Positions 13,052 to 22,714 of a stretch of DNA of 55,782 bases are shown in pieces. Positions within the stretch are counted from its first letter, which is position 1, and every line of letters begins with the position of its first letter. The notes beneath the pieces are model-generated. The model saw only the letters and a program-made list of their open reading frames with translations, searched no databases and was not told the DNA's origin. The position numbers and the translations under genes are program-made. Source of the DNA: Actinomycetota bacterium (lineage in GTDB: Bacteria > Actinomycetota > Acidimicrobiia > Spongiisociales > UBA5794); NCBI GenBank assembly GCA_039715165.1, contig JBDLHX010000003.1, positions 1 through 55,782 on the forward strand, given 5' to 3'.

Positions 13052-13693
13052 GTGTTTCCCGTGAAACATCTCGGGGATGCCTTTGATCGGGTTGCGCTGT
13101 GGGCAGGGCTGACGCTCTGCCCACAACAACGAGACAGGCTCGCCCAATACGTCGAATGGCTTGATACAGAAGCGATTCCGGCCGGTGGCGTTGGCCCCCA
13201 CGAGCGCGAACGGCTCCTCGACCGTCATGTAGCGGACTCCCTGACGTTCGCAGCCGGCTGGGTTGGGTCCCCAACGACGCTTCTCGATATCGGATCCGGT
13301 GTGGGTCTTCCCGGGATTCCCCTGGCAATAGCTCATCCAGAGACCAGCGTGACGCTCCTTGATCGGGCCGAGCGTCGATGCCGGCTCGCACGGAGAGCTG
13401 TGCGAGTCCTCGGACTCGACAACGTAGCCGTGTTGAGTGCCGACGCTCAGAGCCTCGACGGCGTTTGGGACGTGATCGTCTTCAGGGCATCCCTGGAACC
13501 CGAAGAAGCGCTCCAGATGGCAGCACCGCTGCTATCGGAGAACGGATGCGCCGTGATAGGTCTCAGCCGCCTCAGCCGTCCAGGGAGACTCCCGCCCGCA
13601 CCTGAAGGGACGACGCTCGATCTCCTTGAAGTCCCCGTCGGGGTGCTTGACTCCCCCGCCTGGCTTCTTAGGATGACACGCACGAACGACTGA
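13052..13693 (+). CDS. rsmG: 16S rRNA m7G527 methyltransferase
   Basis: RHVADSL, LDIGSGVGLPGIPLAI. Confidence 0.93.
   Translation: MFPVKHLGDAFDRVALWAGLTLCPQQRDRLAQYVEWLDTEAIPAGGVGPHERERLLDRHVADSLTFAAGWVGSPTTLLDIGSGVGLPGIPLAIAHPETSVTLLDRAERRCRLARRAVRVLGLDNVAVLSADAQSLDGVWDVIVFRASLEPEEALQMAAPLLSENGCAVIGLSRLSRPGRLPPAPEGTTLDLLEVPVGVLDSPAWLLRMTRTND
13053..13068. promoter_or_regulatory. parS: parS centromere site
   Basis: TGTTTCCCGTGAAACA, 15/16 match to TGTTTCACGTGAAACA; overlaps the rsmG start, upstream of parAB. Confidence 0.9.
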
Positions 13694-13716
13694 AGCCTCG
13701 AGGACGCACCCATCTG

Positions 13717-14490
13717 ATGCCTACCACCATTGTCGCGATCGCCAACCAGAAAGGCGGCGTTGGGAAGTCAACGACGGCCATCAACCTGGGCGCAGGCCTT
13801 ACATTTCAAGGGGAACGGGTCCTCATCGTCGACCTCGACCCCCAAGGGAACACCACGAGCGGACTGGGTGTCGACCGGACTGCCATCGAGTACTCCACCT
13901 ACGATCTCCTCGTCGAGGACGTGGCAATCGAAGACGTGATCGAACCGACCTCCGTTCGCGAGCTCTTCGTCGTGCCGGCCACGATCGAACTCGCAGGAGC
14001 CGAGATCGAGCTCGTATCGATGTTCTCTCGGGAATCCCGGCTCGGGAACGCTCTCAAGCCGGTGGCCGACGATTACGACTTCATCCTCATCGACTGCCCT
14101 CCTTCGCTCGGTCTGCTGACGGTGAACGGCCTCGCGGCGGCCGACGAGGCGTTTATCCCCATTCAGTGTGAGTACTACGCCCTCGAGGGGGTGAGTCAGC
14201 TGGTACAGAACGTCCAACTCGTCCAGCGCAACCTGAACCCTCAACTCACCATCGAAGGTGTGCTCCTCACGATGTACGACGGCAGAACCACCCTTGCATC
14301 GGATGTCGTAGCCCAAGTGCGGGCGCATTTCGGGGACACGACCTACAGGACGGTGATTCCGAGGACCGTGAGGCTCTCGGAGGCCCCCTCGTATGGTGAA
14401 CCGATCGAGGCCTACGACCCAATGTCCCGGGGAGCGATCGCCTACCGGGAGCTGGCACGCGAATTCCGGAGGAGACATGGCCGCACGTAA
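13717..14490 (+). CDS. parA: Chromosome partitioning ATPase ParA/Soj
   Basis: ANQKGGVGKSTT, DLDPQGN, IDCPPSLG, QCEYYALEG. Confidence 0.97.
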   Translation: MPTTIVAIANQKGGVGKSTTAINLGAGLTFQGERVLIVDLDPQGNTTSGLGVDRTAIEYSTYDLLVEDVAIEDVIEPTSVRELFVVPATIELAGAEIELVSMFSRESRLGNALKPVADDYDFILIDCPPSLGLLTVNGLAAADEAFIPIQCEYYALEGVSQLVQNVQLVQRNLNPQLTIEGVLLTMYDGRTTLASDVVAQVRAHFGDTTYRTVIPRTVRLSEAPSYGEPIEAYDPMSRGAIAYRELAREFRRRHGRT

Positions 14491-15331
14491 GAGTGGGCTG
14501 GGACGGGGACTTGATGCCCTCATCCCCGTCGAACACCCGTCGGCGGGCTTCGCCGAGGTTGAGATCTCAGAGGTTTCTCCGAACCCCCGGCAGCCGAGGA
14601 GTCGGTTCGACGATGAGGCGCTCTCTGAGCTTGCTGCTTCGATTCGTGAGGTCGGCGTTCTCCAGCCGATCGTCGTCCGGGCGGGCGAGCGACCGGGGGA
14701 GTACGTGCTCATCGCCGGCGAGCGGCGGTTGCGGGCAGCGGGAATGGCAGGCCTGGCAACGATTCCGGCGGTTATCAGGGAAGCGGAGAGCGACGAGCAC
14801 AACCTCACCGAGGCGCTCATCGAGAATATTCAACGCAAGGATCTGTCCCCCCTCGAGGAGGCGGCGGCCTACCGGAACCTCCTGGAAGATTTTGGCATGA
14901 CCCATGAGCAGGTCGCCTCCAGGGTTGGCAAGAGCAGGAGTGCTGTCACCAACACGCTGAGGCTGCTCCAGCTACCCGCTCCGATTCAGGGCATGCTCGA
15001 GCGGTCTGAGCTTTCGGCGGGCCACGCTCGAGCGCTGCTGGCGATAGAAGATGAGGCGTACGCCGTCTACGTTGCCGAGCGCGTTGTGGCCGAAGGTTGG
15101 CCCGTTCGTAAGGTCGAAGATGCGGTGAAGACCCGGCAAGGCCCGGGGGTTCCAAGGCCCCGCAAGGCGCCGGAGATGCGCCCGGCCGCGATCATCGAAC
15201 TCGAGGAACGCCTTGCAGAGCGCCTCGCGACCGAGGTGAAGATCTCGACACGCGGCGAAGGCGGGCGCATGGTGATCCGCTACGGCTCACTGGAAGACCT
15301 GGAACGCATATACCGCCAACTCTTCGGCTAA
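14477..15331 (+). CDS. parB: Chromosome partitioning protein ParB
   Basis: GLGRGLDALI, NPRQPR, IAGERRLRA, ENIQR, HTH. Confidence 0.97.
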   Translation: MAARKSGLGRGLDALIPVEHPSAGFAEVEISEVSPNPRQPRSRFDDEALSELAASIREVGVLQPIVVRAGERPGEYVLIAGERRLRAAGMAGLATIPAVIREAESDEHNLTEALIENIQRKDLSPLEEAAAYRNLLEDFGMTHEQVASRVGKSRSAVTNTLRLLQLPAPIQGMLERSELSAGHARALLAIEDEAYAVYVAERVVAEGWPVRKVEDAVKTRQGPGVPRPRKAPEMRPAAIIELEERLAERLATEVKISTRGEGGRMVIRYGSLEDLERIYRQLFG

Positions 15332-15350
15332 GCCGCCTACGGCGTCGCAG

Positions 15351-15418
15351 CTGGTATCCGGTATCCGGTACACACCAGCAGTTGGTCCACGGCCTTCACC
15401 GAGTATCGAGTATTCAGA
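15351..15418. repeat. Short heptamer repeats between convergent genes
   Basis: (ggtatcc)2 ggtac and (gagtatc)(gagtatt). Confidence 0.5.
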
Positions 15419-15434
15419 TTGTGCCGCCCACGGT

Positions 15435-16397
15435 TCAGGCCTCCGCGGGCCCTGATGCATATAGGTCGATGAGTGCACGCGCGATCTGGTGGCCGAGATC
15501 GGGAGTGGGGGCGTTCAATGCGATGACGACTGCGGGCGCTCGCGTCTCCTTGAGGATCGGCATGGCGCGCGGCAACGGCGTGAGACTGAGGCTCGTAGCG
15601 AGATGTGTGGCGATCGTTCGCCCTGCATCGCTCGTGCTGAGGGCCGTTCCGAAGTAGTAGACGCCCTCCGTTCCGTCGGGTGGGACCGTGATGGACACCA
15701 CGATCTGGACATCGCGCCGGTTTGCGCGAGACGCTCGCTGGCGTTCGGTTGGGGCGGTGTCGATGCTGCGTGACAGCATCGCTCGCCCGCCGGCGAACTG
15801 GAGTTCCGTAGCGAGTCTCGTCGCGACGATCCACGTCGATGATGAGGCATCGGGTTCTCCGGTGTCGGGGTCAACGTAGATGCGATCCCCGGCGAGAGGG
15901 CGTGGAAACGACGAAATCCATTCGTGCTCTCGCACCGCCTCGCGGCCGGGCTTATCGGTGGCCCGAGCCATGAGGACGAGTTCGTCGACGACCTCGCGCC
16001 CAGCGATGCCGTCTTCGGCGATGCAGCGATTGTGCTGGAAATCGAGGATGGCGCGCAGCGTGTCGGGCCCGAAGATCCCGTCGACCTTTCCGGCGTCGAA
16101 ACCGAGAGAGCCGAGGCTCTTCTGGAGTTGCGAGACGTCGTCTCCACGCATCATTGGTGATCGTCGGTAGAGCATCCGGTCGCCGAGGAGAAAGCCTGCG
16201 TCGACGAGCGTGCGCCAGGTCTCTGGGCCGACGATGCCGTCCGACGGGAGGCCGCGCGACTGTTGGAAGTGGATCACCGCTTCGACGGTGTCCTCACCGT
16301 ACGCTCCGTCGTCGACGACGGAGAAGCCCAGGCGCGTCAGGCGACGTTGGATATCACGAACCGGCTCTCCCCGGTCCCCGGAGTGGTAGAGCCTCAC
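15435..16397 (-). CDS. cwlM: CwlM-like protein: two peptidoglycan-binding domains plus a degenerate amidase_3 domain
   Basis: Two PG_binding_1 repeats (DGIVGPETW, DGIFGPDT); amidase fold without the DxGH His; conserved position between parB and trxA. Confidence 0.8.
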   Translation of the reverse strand: MRLYHSGDRGEPVRDIQRRLTRLGFSVVDDGAYGEDTVEAVIHFQQSRGLPSDGIVGPETWRTLVDAGFLLGDRMLYRRSPMMRGDDVSQLQKSLGSLGFDAGKVDGIFGPDTLRAILDFQHNRCIAEDGIAGREVVDELVLMARATDKPGREAVREHEWISSFPRPLAGDRIYVDPDTGEPDASSSTWIVATRLATELQFAGGRAMLSRSIDTAPTERQRASRANRRDVQIVVSITVPPDGTEGVYYFGTALSTSDAGRTIATHLATSLSLTPLPRAMPILKETRAPAVVIALNAPTPDLGHQIARALIDLYASGPAEA

Positions 16398-16422
16398 GGT
16401 CCCGCCTCCGGGCCGAGCCGGA

Positions 16423-16749
16423 TCAGGAGACGAAGGACGCGAGCTCGGCTTCGAGCTGTGCCTTGCTCCGCGCTCCGACGAGGCGCTTCTTCTCCTGGCC
16501 CTGTTGGAAGATGATCATCGTCGGGATGCTCATCACGCCGAACTGCATGGCCGTCGAAGGGTTCTCGTCGACGTTGAGCTTGACGATCTGCAGAGCGCCT
16601 TTCCGGTCGCCTGCGATCTCTTCGAGGGGGCCGTCCATCATCTTGCACGGACCGCACCACTCAGCCCAGAAGTCGACGAGGGTCGGCAGCGTCGACCCGA
16701 CCAATTCGACGAAGTTCGCGTCCGTCCCTGTGAGCGTGTTCTTCTCCAT
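16423..16749 (-). CDS. trxA: Thioredoxin
   Basis: DFWAEWCGPCK, SIPT. Confidence 0.97.
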   Translation of the reverse strand: MEKNTLTGTDANFVELVGSTLPTLVDFWAEWCGPCKMMDGPLEEIAGDRKGALQIVKLNVDENPSTAMQFGVMSIPTMIIFQQGQEKKRLVGARSKAQLEAELASFVS

Positions 16750-16770
16750 CCTCAGTCCTCCCGATTGATG

Positions 16771-17694
16771 TCAAGCCTCGAAACTGTTGAGCCAGTGCTC
16801 GGCGTCGATCGCGGCCCGGCAGCCCATGCCGGCAGCCGTGATGGCCTGCTGGTAGTAGTGGTCGACGACGTCGCCGGCAGCGAAGACGCCCTCGACCGAG
16901 GTCTTCGTCGAGCCGGCCTCTGTGATGACGTAGCCGGTCTCGTCGAGCTCCAGCTTGTTCTGGAAAATTTTGGTATTCGGATCGTGTCCGATGGCGAGGA
17001 AGAACCCCTCGACGGGGAGCTCGGACTCCTCGTCGGTGACGACGTTGCGAATCCTGAGACCCGTCACGAGATCGTCGCCGAGCACCTCTTCGACGGTGGA
17101 GTTCCAAAGAACTTCGATCTTCGGGTGGTCGAGCGCCCGCTGAGCCATGATCTTCGATGCCCGGAGCTCTTCGCGGCGATGAACGATCGTCACCTTCGAA
17201 GCGAACTTCGTGAGGAAGAGGGCCTCTTCCATTGCTGAGTCCCCGCCTCCGACGATGGCGATGTCGCGGTCGCGGAAGAAGAACCCGTCACAGGTTGCAC
17301 ACGCCGAGACGCCGTACCCACGGAGACGGCTCTCGCCGGGGATTCCGAGCCAACGAGCGGACGCACCGGTAGAGATCACCATCGTCTCGGCCTCGTACAG
17401 GTCGCTGCCGACCCAGGCCTTGAAGGGACGTTCGGAGAGATCGACCTTCGTAACGTCCGAAGAAATGATGCGAGTCCCGAACCGCTCAGCCTGTTGACGC
17501 ATCGAATCCATGAGCTCCGGGCCCATGATGCCCTCAGGGAAGCCGGGGAAGTTCTCGACTTCGGTGGTGAGCATGAGTTGGCCCCCGCGCTCCATCCCCT
17601 CGATCATGAGTGGGTCGAGGTCGGCGCGGGCTGCGTAGATAGCTGCGGTCAGTCCGGCTGGGCCGGACCCGATGATGAGGACCTTCTCGGCCAT
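16771..17694 (-). CDS. trxB: Thioredoxin-disulfide reductase
   Basis: [30 protein letters not shown]. Confidence 0.97.
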   Translation of the reverse strand: MAEKVLIIGSGPAGLTAAIYAARADLDPLMIEGMERGGQLMLTTEVENFPGFPEGIMGPELMDSMRQQAERFGTRIISSDVTKVDLSERPFKAWVGSDLYEAETMVISTGASARWLGIPGESRLRGYGVSACATCDGFFFRDRDIAIVGGGDSAMEEALFLTKFASKVTIVHRREELRASKIMAQRALDHPKIEVLWNSTVEEVLGDDLVTGLRIRNVVTDEESELPVEGFFLAIGHDPNTKIFQNKLELDETGYVITEAGSTKTSVEGVFAAGDVVDHYYQQAITAAGMGCRAAIDAEHWLNSFEA

Positions 17695-17696
17695 GG

Positions 17697-18008
17697 TCAC
17701 TCCTGTGGTGGTGTCGCTTCGTCCTTCGGATGCCTCTTGACCCAGACAAACACGCCGGCGATGAGCAATATGCCCCCGACGACGACGTATCCGAGTTCCT
17801 GGCCGATGAGGGTACCGAGCGCACGGAAGAACCCGACGAGGAGCCAGATGACCACGAGGAAGAAGAGCGTTGCGACAACAAGCCCGATCGCCGTCCACGT
17901 GATTGCCACGGAGACACGATCCACGGTGAGGGCGCGGATGCGAGTGGCGATCTGTTCGAGGAAGTCTGCGATCTTGGCCGGGTAGTCGGCGCGTGGTCGG
18001 TCGGTCAT
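17697..18008 (-). CDS. Hypothetical small membrane protein (2 TM)
   Basis: ATG at 18008, two hydrophobic segments, co-oriented with the neighbouring genes. Confidence 0.7.
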   Translation of the reverse strand: MTDRPRADYPAKIADFLEQIATRIRALTVDRVSVAITWTAIGLVVATLFFLVVIWLLVGFFRALGTLIGQELGYVVVGGILLIAGVFVWVKRHPKDEATPPQE

Positions 18009-18039
18009 GTCCGTCGAGGTTAGTCGAAGGCGAAGAGGC

Positions 18040-18906
18040 TCAGGGCTTGGTGTTCTGGAGTTCAGAGCACGTGTCGATGGCGTACGCGGCGTAGTAGAGC
18101 TCGCCCTCGATGGGAGTGACTTCCACGACCAGGGCATCGCTTGTCCCGATCGTGGTCGTTGCCATGGGTTCCACCGACACGAAGGAGGCGTTGTCTCTCA
18201 GCACCGTGAGACAGTCGGCGACCAGGGCGTCCTGCGCCGCGCCGTCTTCAGCCCCAGCCTCATCCGATTCGGAGGCCTTCGTTAGGGCCGACACGTCGGC
18301 GGCGATCTCCTCAAGGGTGATGGCGGGGACGTGGGGGATCGAGCGTGATGCACTGAACGTCTCCGCGGGTGGCTCCGCGGCATCCAAGGTCGGTTCCTCC
18401 GGCTCCTCGGCCGGGGCGTCCATCCCGCCCGCCGTGGGAGCCTCGGCGAGGCGCTCGGTGTCAGTCTCGGCACCACGGTCCCGATTCTGAGCGGTAGTGG
18501 TCTCTGCTGAGGCCGCCATCGTCGTGGCGTCGAATGCCACCTGTGCCGTATCGCTGCTGCTCTGGGGCAACACGACGAAGACGCCGGCGAGAACAGCGGC
18601 GGCCGCTGCGAGGCTGCCGATGGGCGCGACCCAGCGGCGCCACTTGGACGGCCGGGCGGCAACGGGGGCGACAACGGGGGCAAGATGGAGCTCGCTCTTG
18701 AGCGCCGCGCGGAGGCGTGACCGCTCATCCGCGGTCATCGAAGGAACCGGGGCTTCGGCCAGGAGCGACGCCGCCATCTGCTGTGTCTCGTACTCCGCCC
18801 GCAACTCAGTGTCGGTCTCGAGACGCGCGAGAGCAGCCCGCTCCTCTTGAGGAGAGAGCCGTCCGTCGATCAAGTCGACGATGAGTTCTTGGTCTCGCTC
18901 ATTCAT
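18040..18906 (-). CDS. Putative anti-sigma factor (single TM)
   Basis: ATGA overlap with the ECF sigma gene; N-terminal IDGRLS anti-sigma-like helix, TM segment, extracytoplasmic tail with a Cys pair. Confidence 0.75.
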   Translation of the reverse strand: MNERDQELIVDLIDGRLSPQEERAALARLETDTELRAEYETQQMAASLLAEAPVPSMTADERSRLRAALKSELHLAPVVAPVAARPSKWRRWVAPIGSLAAAAAVLAGVFVVLPQSSSDTAQVAFDATTMAASAETTTAQNRDRGAETDTERLAEAPTAGGMDAPAEEPEEPTLDAAEPPAETFSASRSIPHVPAITLEEIAADVSALTKASESDEAGAEDGAAQDALVADCLTVLRDNASFVSVEPMATTTIGTSDALVVEVTPIEGELYYAAYAIDTCSELQNTKP

Positions 18907-19478
18907 GGTTCGTCTCTTGGATGCTCGGAACCGGGCGCGAGGTTCCCGAGTTCTTGGGCCAATTGTCTCCTCGCGCGAAAGACCCGGCTCTTCACGGTGC
19001 CGATCGGCACTTGGAGGGTATCGGCGGCCCCCTCAAGCGACATGCCCTCGAGGTCGACGAGGACGATCGCCGAACGGAAGTCAGGACCCAATTTGGCAAG
19101 AGCGGCCTCAATGTCCGGACGCAACTCAACAGCGTTCAGGGCGTCACCGCTGCGTGGATCGGCGGGGTCGTAGTGCTCGGGGAGGGCATCGGCGCGCTTC
19201 CGCTTCCGTCGCCGGAGATGGTCGTAGCACGTGTTGACGGCGACCCGGTACAGCCATGTGCTGAAGGCGGCCTGCTCCTTGTAGCGATCGGCCTTCCTGA
19301 AGACGGTGAGGAACACGTCCTGCGTTGCGTCGAGCGCCTCATCTCGGTTCTGCATCATCCGAAGGCAGATCGCGAAGATCCGATCCTCGTGGGCGCGGAC
19401 GAGCTCGTCGAACGCGTCGACGTCGCCGGTGAGGTACCGGCGGATGAGTTCTCGGTCTTGCTCGGCCCGTGCGGTCAT
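18903..19478 (-). CDS. sigM: ECF RNA polymerase sigma factor, SigM-like
   Basis: DATQDVF, FSTWLYRVAVNTCYD, GTVKSRVFRAR; synteny with trxB. Confidence 0.85.
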   Translation of the reverse strand: MTARAEQDRELIRRYLTGDVDAFDELVRAHEDRIFAICLRMMQNRDEALDATQDVFLTVFRKADRYKEQAAFSTWLYRVAVNTCYDHLRRRKRKRADALPEHYDPADPRSGDALNAVELRPDIEAALAKLGPDFRSAIVLVDLEGMSLEGAADTLQVPIGTVKSRVFRARRQLAQELGNLAPGSEHPRDEP

Positions 19479-19524
19479 CGGCCGTGATTCTGGTCGTCAA
19501 CCGATCCGGAAGCGAAGAAGGGCC

Positions 19525-20814
19525 TCATGGGAGAGGACGAATCTCTGAAACCGACGTCGCAAACGTTCCATCGGGACGCTCGAGGAGCGAGGTGATCCAG
19601 ACGAGCCAGTACCCACCCTCCCGCTTCGGCAGATCGAGCCTCGTCGGTCCTGCGAGGATCTGCGCAGCGCTGATTCGTTCCCATTCACCGGGCACTTCTG
19701 GGAGTGTTGCGCTCCAGGCAATCGTGAAGCGGGTTGATGGCGCCGCAGCGATCTCGATGCCGCCGATCGGAATGGGTGTCTCGAGAGCGATGCCCACCCC
19801 GGCCTTCTTCTCACCGAACTGCTCGGGATACGTCTCGGTCTCCCATCGGGTCGTTCGATCACCGTCTATTGCCAAGGAGAGCGATTCGTCGTTCTCTGCG
19901 CCGTCTCCGTACGGGTCGTAGACGCTGAGCGTGGCGGGAATGGTCACGTCGTCGGGGATCTCGGTTGCCGGAGCGGTGTTCGTGGGGGTGGTGTGATCCT
20001 TGCCGGCCGGTGCAGCCGGGAAGAGGAACGGCGAATCGGGGTCAACGTCGATCGAGAGACCGAGAACGGAGAGCACGAGAGCGAGAACCACGATGAACCC
20101 GAAGAGCACGAGCGGTTTGACCGTCCACCGGCGGTCCGCATCGGGCTCCCGGCGCAGGGAGACGGCGCCGAGAGCCTCGGCGAGTCCGGATGCATCGAGC
20201 CTCCCGGCCTCGGCGGCTTCGATGGCATCGTCGACGGCCGGAGGGATGCCCTCGGCGACGTGGGAAGGACGGACGGCCGGGTTCTCGCTGCCCGTGATCG
20301 CCGTACGCAGCGCCGATGCGAGAGCGGCGGTGTCGCCTTCAGGCGTAGTTGTGATGGGGACCCGTCCGAAGCTTGCGAGGCGGGCGGGGTGTGCCGCAGA
20401 GAAGTGGATGGCGCTCGGGTCGATCGCACCGTGGATGCCCCCCGTCGCGTGGAACGCCGCGAGCCCGGCGGCGAGTCCGGAAGCGTTCGGGAGGTACTCC
20501 GCGATGGGGATGGTCTCCCCCGCCTTGATGCGGTCCGCAATCGTGACCGCACCGTCCCACTCTGCCACGGCGTATGCCGATCCGGTCGCTTCGCCGGCCG
20601 CGTAGACCGTCTGGATGTGGGGGTGTGCGGTTCCGGCGGCGGCACGAACGGGTGTGAGGAACGAGGCGATGCGCCTTTCGTCGGCATCGGGACCGGGGAA
20701 ACGGATGAGGACCGGCCGTTCGAGGTGCTCATCGGTGGCGAGCCACTCCTCGATGTCGCCGTCAGTGCCGAGCCGAACGTTGAGTCGGTAGCGGTCCGGG
20801 AGGCGGGGAGGCAC
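19525..20814 (-). CDS. Membrane pseudokinase with extracellular discoidin-like domain
   Basis: Kinase fold (DRYRL, HPHI..VY) with degenerate motifs VLIR/HGA/SFG; TM segment; AIDGDRTTRWETE domain. Confidence 0.75.
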   Translation of the reverse strand: MPPRLPDRYRLNVRLGTDGDIEEWLATDEHLERPVLIRFPGPDADERRIASFLTPVRAAAGTAHPHIQTVYAAGEATGSAYAVAEWDGAVTIADRIKAGETIPIAEYLPNASGLAAGLAAFHATGGIHGAIDPSAIHFSAAHPARLASFGRVPITTTPEGDTAALASALRTAITGSENPAVRPSHVAEGIPPAVDDAIEAAEAGRLDASGLAEALGAVSLRREPDADRRWTVKPLVLFGFIVVLALVLSVLGLSIDVDPDSPFLFPAAPAGKDHTTPTNTAPATEIPDDVTIPATLSVYDPYGDGAENDESLSLAIDGDRTTRWETETYPEQFGEKKAGVGIALETPIPIGGIEIAAAPSTRFTIAWSATLPEVPGEWERISAAQILAGPTRLDLPKREGGYWLVWITSLLERPDGTFATSVSEIRPLP

Positions 20815-20817
20815 GGA

Positions 20818-21552
20818 TCAGCCTCGTCGGAGCACGGCGAGGGGCTCGGTGAGCGTCTCGAAACCCTCGGACTCATAGAGATCGATTGCCGCCGAGTTGT
20901 CGGTCTGCGTGTTGAGGATGACGGCGCGACTCCCCGCCGCCGACGCCATTCGCGCCGAAGCGCGGATGAGGGATCGGCCCATTCCCCGGCCCTGCCAGTC
21001 GGGGTGGACGGCCAGCCGCTGGAGATACGAGATCGCATGTCCGAAGCCCACGATCGCGAAAGCGATCGGCTCGCCGTCCGGGCCTCTGATGAGGAGCGTC
21101 TTCGCTTTGCCGGTCGCTGCGATCGCCTCGGCCATGCCGAACCGATCGAACCGCCAGAACTCGTCGAACGCGGCGTGATCGATGCTCAGCAGGTGAGCAA
21201 CCTGCGGCTCGGGGGGTGTGATGACGAGATGGTCCGGGGAGGGGATGGGTTCGGTGACGTCAAGGCGCATGAACGCGAGGGGGACGAACTCGACGAATCC
21301 TGCCTCTTCCCAGGGGCGGCGGCTCGTGGCCGGGAGGGGAGGGGAGTACACGTGTGGTGCGCCGAGTTCGTTGAGACGATCCGCGCACAGTGAGAGGAAC
21401 GCAGACCCTCCCCGGACGAGCCGGAGAGAGGCATCGGGGACGAGGTCGTTCCATCGACGTGCCTCCGCCCGCGCCCAGCCCCTCCTGAACCGGATCGGCT
21501 CCGGCCAGGACCCACGCTGGACAAGCGTCATTGATCGCTCGGCTACGGACAT
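20818..21552 (-). CDS. GNAT family N-acetyltransferase
   Basis: LAVHPDWQGRGMG motif A and N.AA..LY..GF; start approximate. Confidence 0.85.
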   Translation of the reverse strand: MSVAERSMTLVQRGSWPEPIRFRRGWARAEARRWNDLVPDASLRLVRGGSAFLSLCADRLNELGAPHVYSPPLPATSRRPWEEAGFVEFVPLAFMRLDVTEPIPSPDHLVITPPEPQVAHLLSIDHAAFDEFWRFDRFGMAEAIAATGKAKTLLIRGPDGEPIAFAIVGFGHAISYLQRLAVHPDWQGRGMGRSLIRASARMASAAGSRAVILNTQTDNSAAIDLYESEGFETLTEPLAVLRRG

Positions 21553-21655
21553 CGAACCACTGGTCCGGTAGCGTAACCAGGCCTCGCGGCCTCGCAGCCG
21601 TGCTCCGGACGCCCTCGTTTGGCGGGAGACCGGCCTTCCGTGCCACCATGGGACG

Positions 21656-22663
21656 ATGCGTGTAGCGCTCATCACCCACCCGTCGAGCTTCGACCACGTT
21701 CCACCGAGGAGCCACCCGGAGCGGCCGGAGCGAGTCACCGCCGTAATCGACGGCGTTCGCGAAGGAGAACCGGAGGTCGTGGAGATCTCTGCCAGGGAAG
21801 CCTCACGAGAGGAACTCTCCCGCGTGCACGCGCCGGCATTCCTCGACGAGATCGAGGGTTTCTGCGCGAGCGGCGGCGGCTTGATCGACGCGGACACGTA
21901 CGCGGGCACCGAGTCGTGGAAGGCGGCGTGTTTCGCTGCAGGATCCGGACCCACCGCCATCGAGGCCATCAAGCGAGGAGACGCCGACATCGGGTTCGCG
22001 GCAGTCCGCCCACCCGGTCATCACGCGAGCAAGGACAGCGCGATGGGCTTCTGCCTCCTCAACAACGTCGCCGTCGCTGCGGCGATGCTTGTGGCCGGCG
22101 GGAGCCGTGTTGCAATCGTCGACTGGGACGTCCACCACGGCAACGGCACCCAGGACATCTTCTACGACACGCCGGATGTTCTCTACCTCTCGCTTCACCA
22201 CGCACCGTTCTACCCCGGCACCGGCCGCGTCGAGGAGGTGGGCGCCGCCCTCGGGACGGGGGCAACGGTCAACGTCCCGCTCTCGGCGTACTCGAACGGG
22301 GCCGTCTACCGCCAGGTGTTCGAGAGGATCGTTGAACCCGTACTCGATCAGTTCTCCCCGGACTGGCTGCTCGTGAGTGCCGGGTACGACGCCCACGTCG
22401 ATGATCCCCTGGGAGGCATGGGACTCGTCCCTGATGACTATGCGGCGATGGCCGCAACGCTCGCTCGCACCATGAAGGGGAGAAACACCGTGTTCTTCCT
22501 CGAGGGGGGCTACAACCTCGCAGCGATCACGGCGTCGGTGTCGGCCACGCTCAACGGTTTCGCCGACCGCGAGACACCTCTCGATCCTCCTCCGAGGTCT
22601 GTGCCCGCCGTCGACTATGCGCTGCAGGTCTTCTCCTTGTTCTGGGAACTCGATCAAGGCTGA
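21656..22663 (+). CDS. Histone deacetylase family protein
   Basis: HPERPER, RPPGHHA, DWDVHHGNGTQ, SAGYDAH, LEGGY. Confidence 0.95.
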   Translation: MRVALITHPSSFDHVPPRSHPERPERVTAVIDGVREGEPEVVEISAREASREELSRVHAPAFLDEIEGFCASGGGLIDADTYAGTESWKAACFAAGSGPTAIEAIKRGDADIGFAAVRPPGHHASKDSAMGFCLLNNVAVAAAMLVAGGSRVAIVDWDVHHGNGTQDIFYDTPDVLYLSLHHAPFYPGTGRVEEVGAALGTGATVNVPLSAYSNGAVYRQVFERIVEPVLDQFSPDWLLVSAGYDAHVDDPLGGMGLVPDDYAAMAATLARTMKGRNTVFFLEGGYNLAAITASVSATLNGFADRETPLDPPPRSVPAVDYALQVFSLFWELDQG

Positions 22664-22681
22664 CGCTGCGTCCGCCGATAC
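22654..22681 (+). promoter_or_regulatory. Putative sigma28/WhiG-type promoter upstream of the PilT-like gene
   Basis: TCAAG-N15-GCCGATAC; same motif and spacing at 40072-40099 on the minus strand. Confidence 0.6.
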
Positions 22682-22714
22682 ATCGGTGAACCATCACCTG
22701 GTCGAGGAGTTGCT

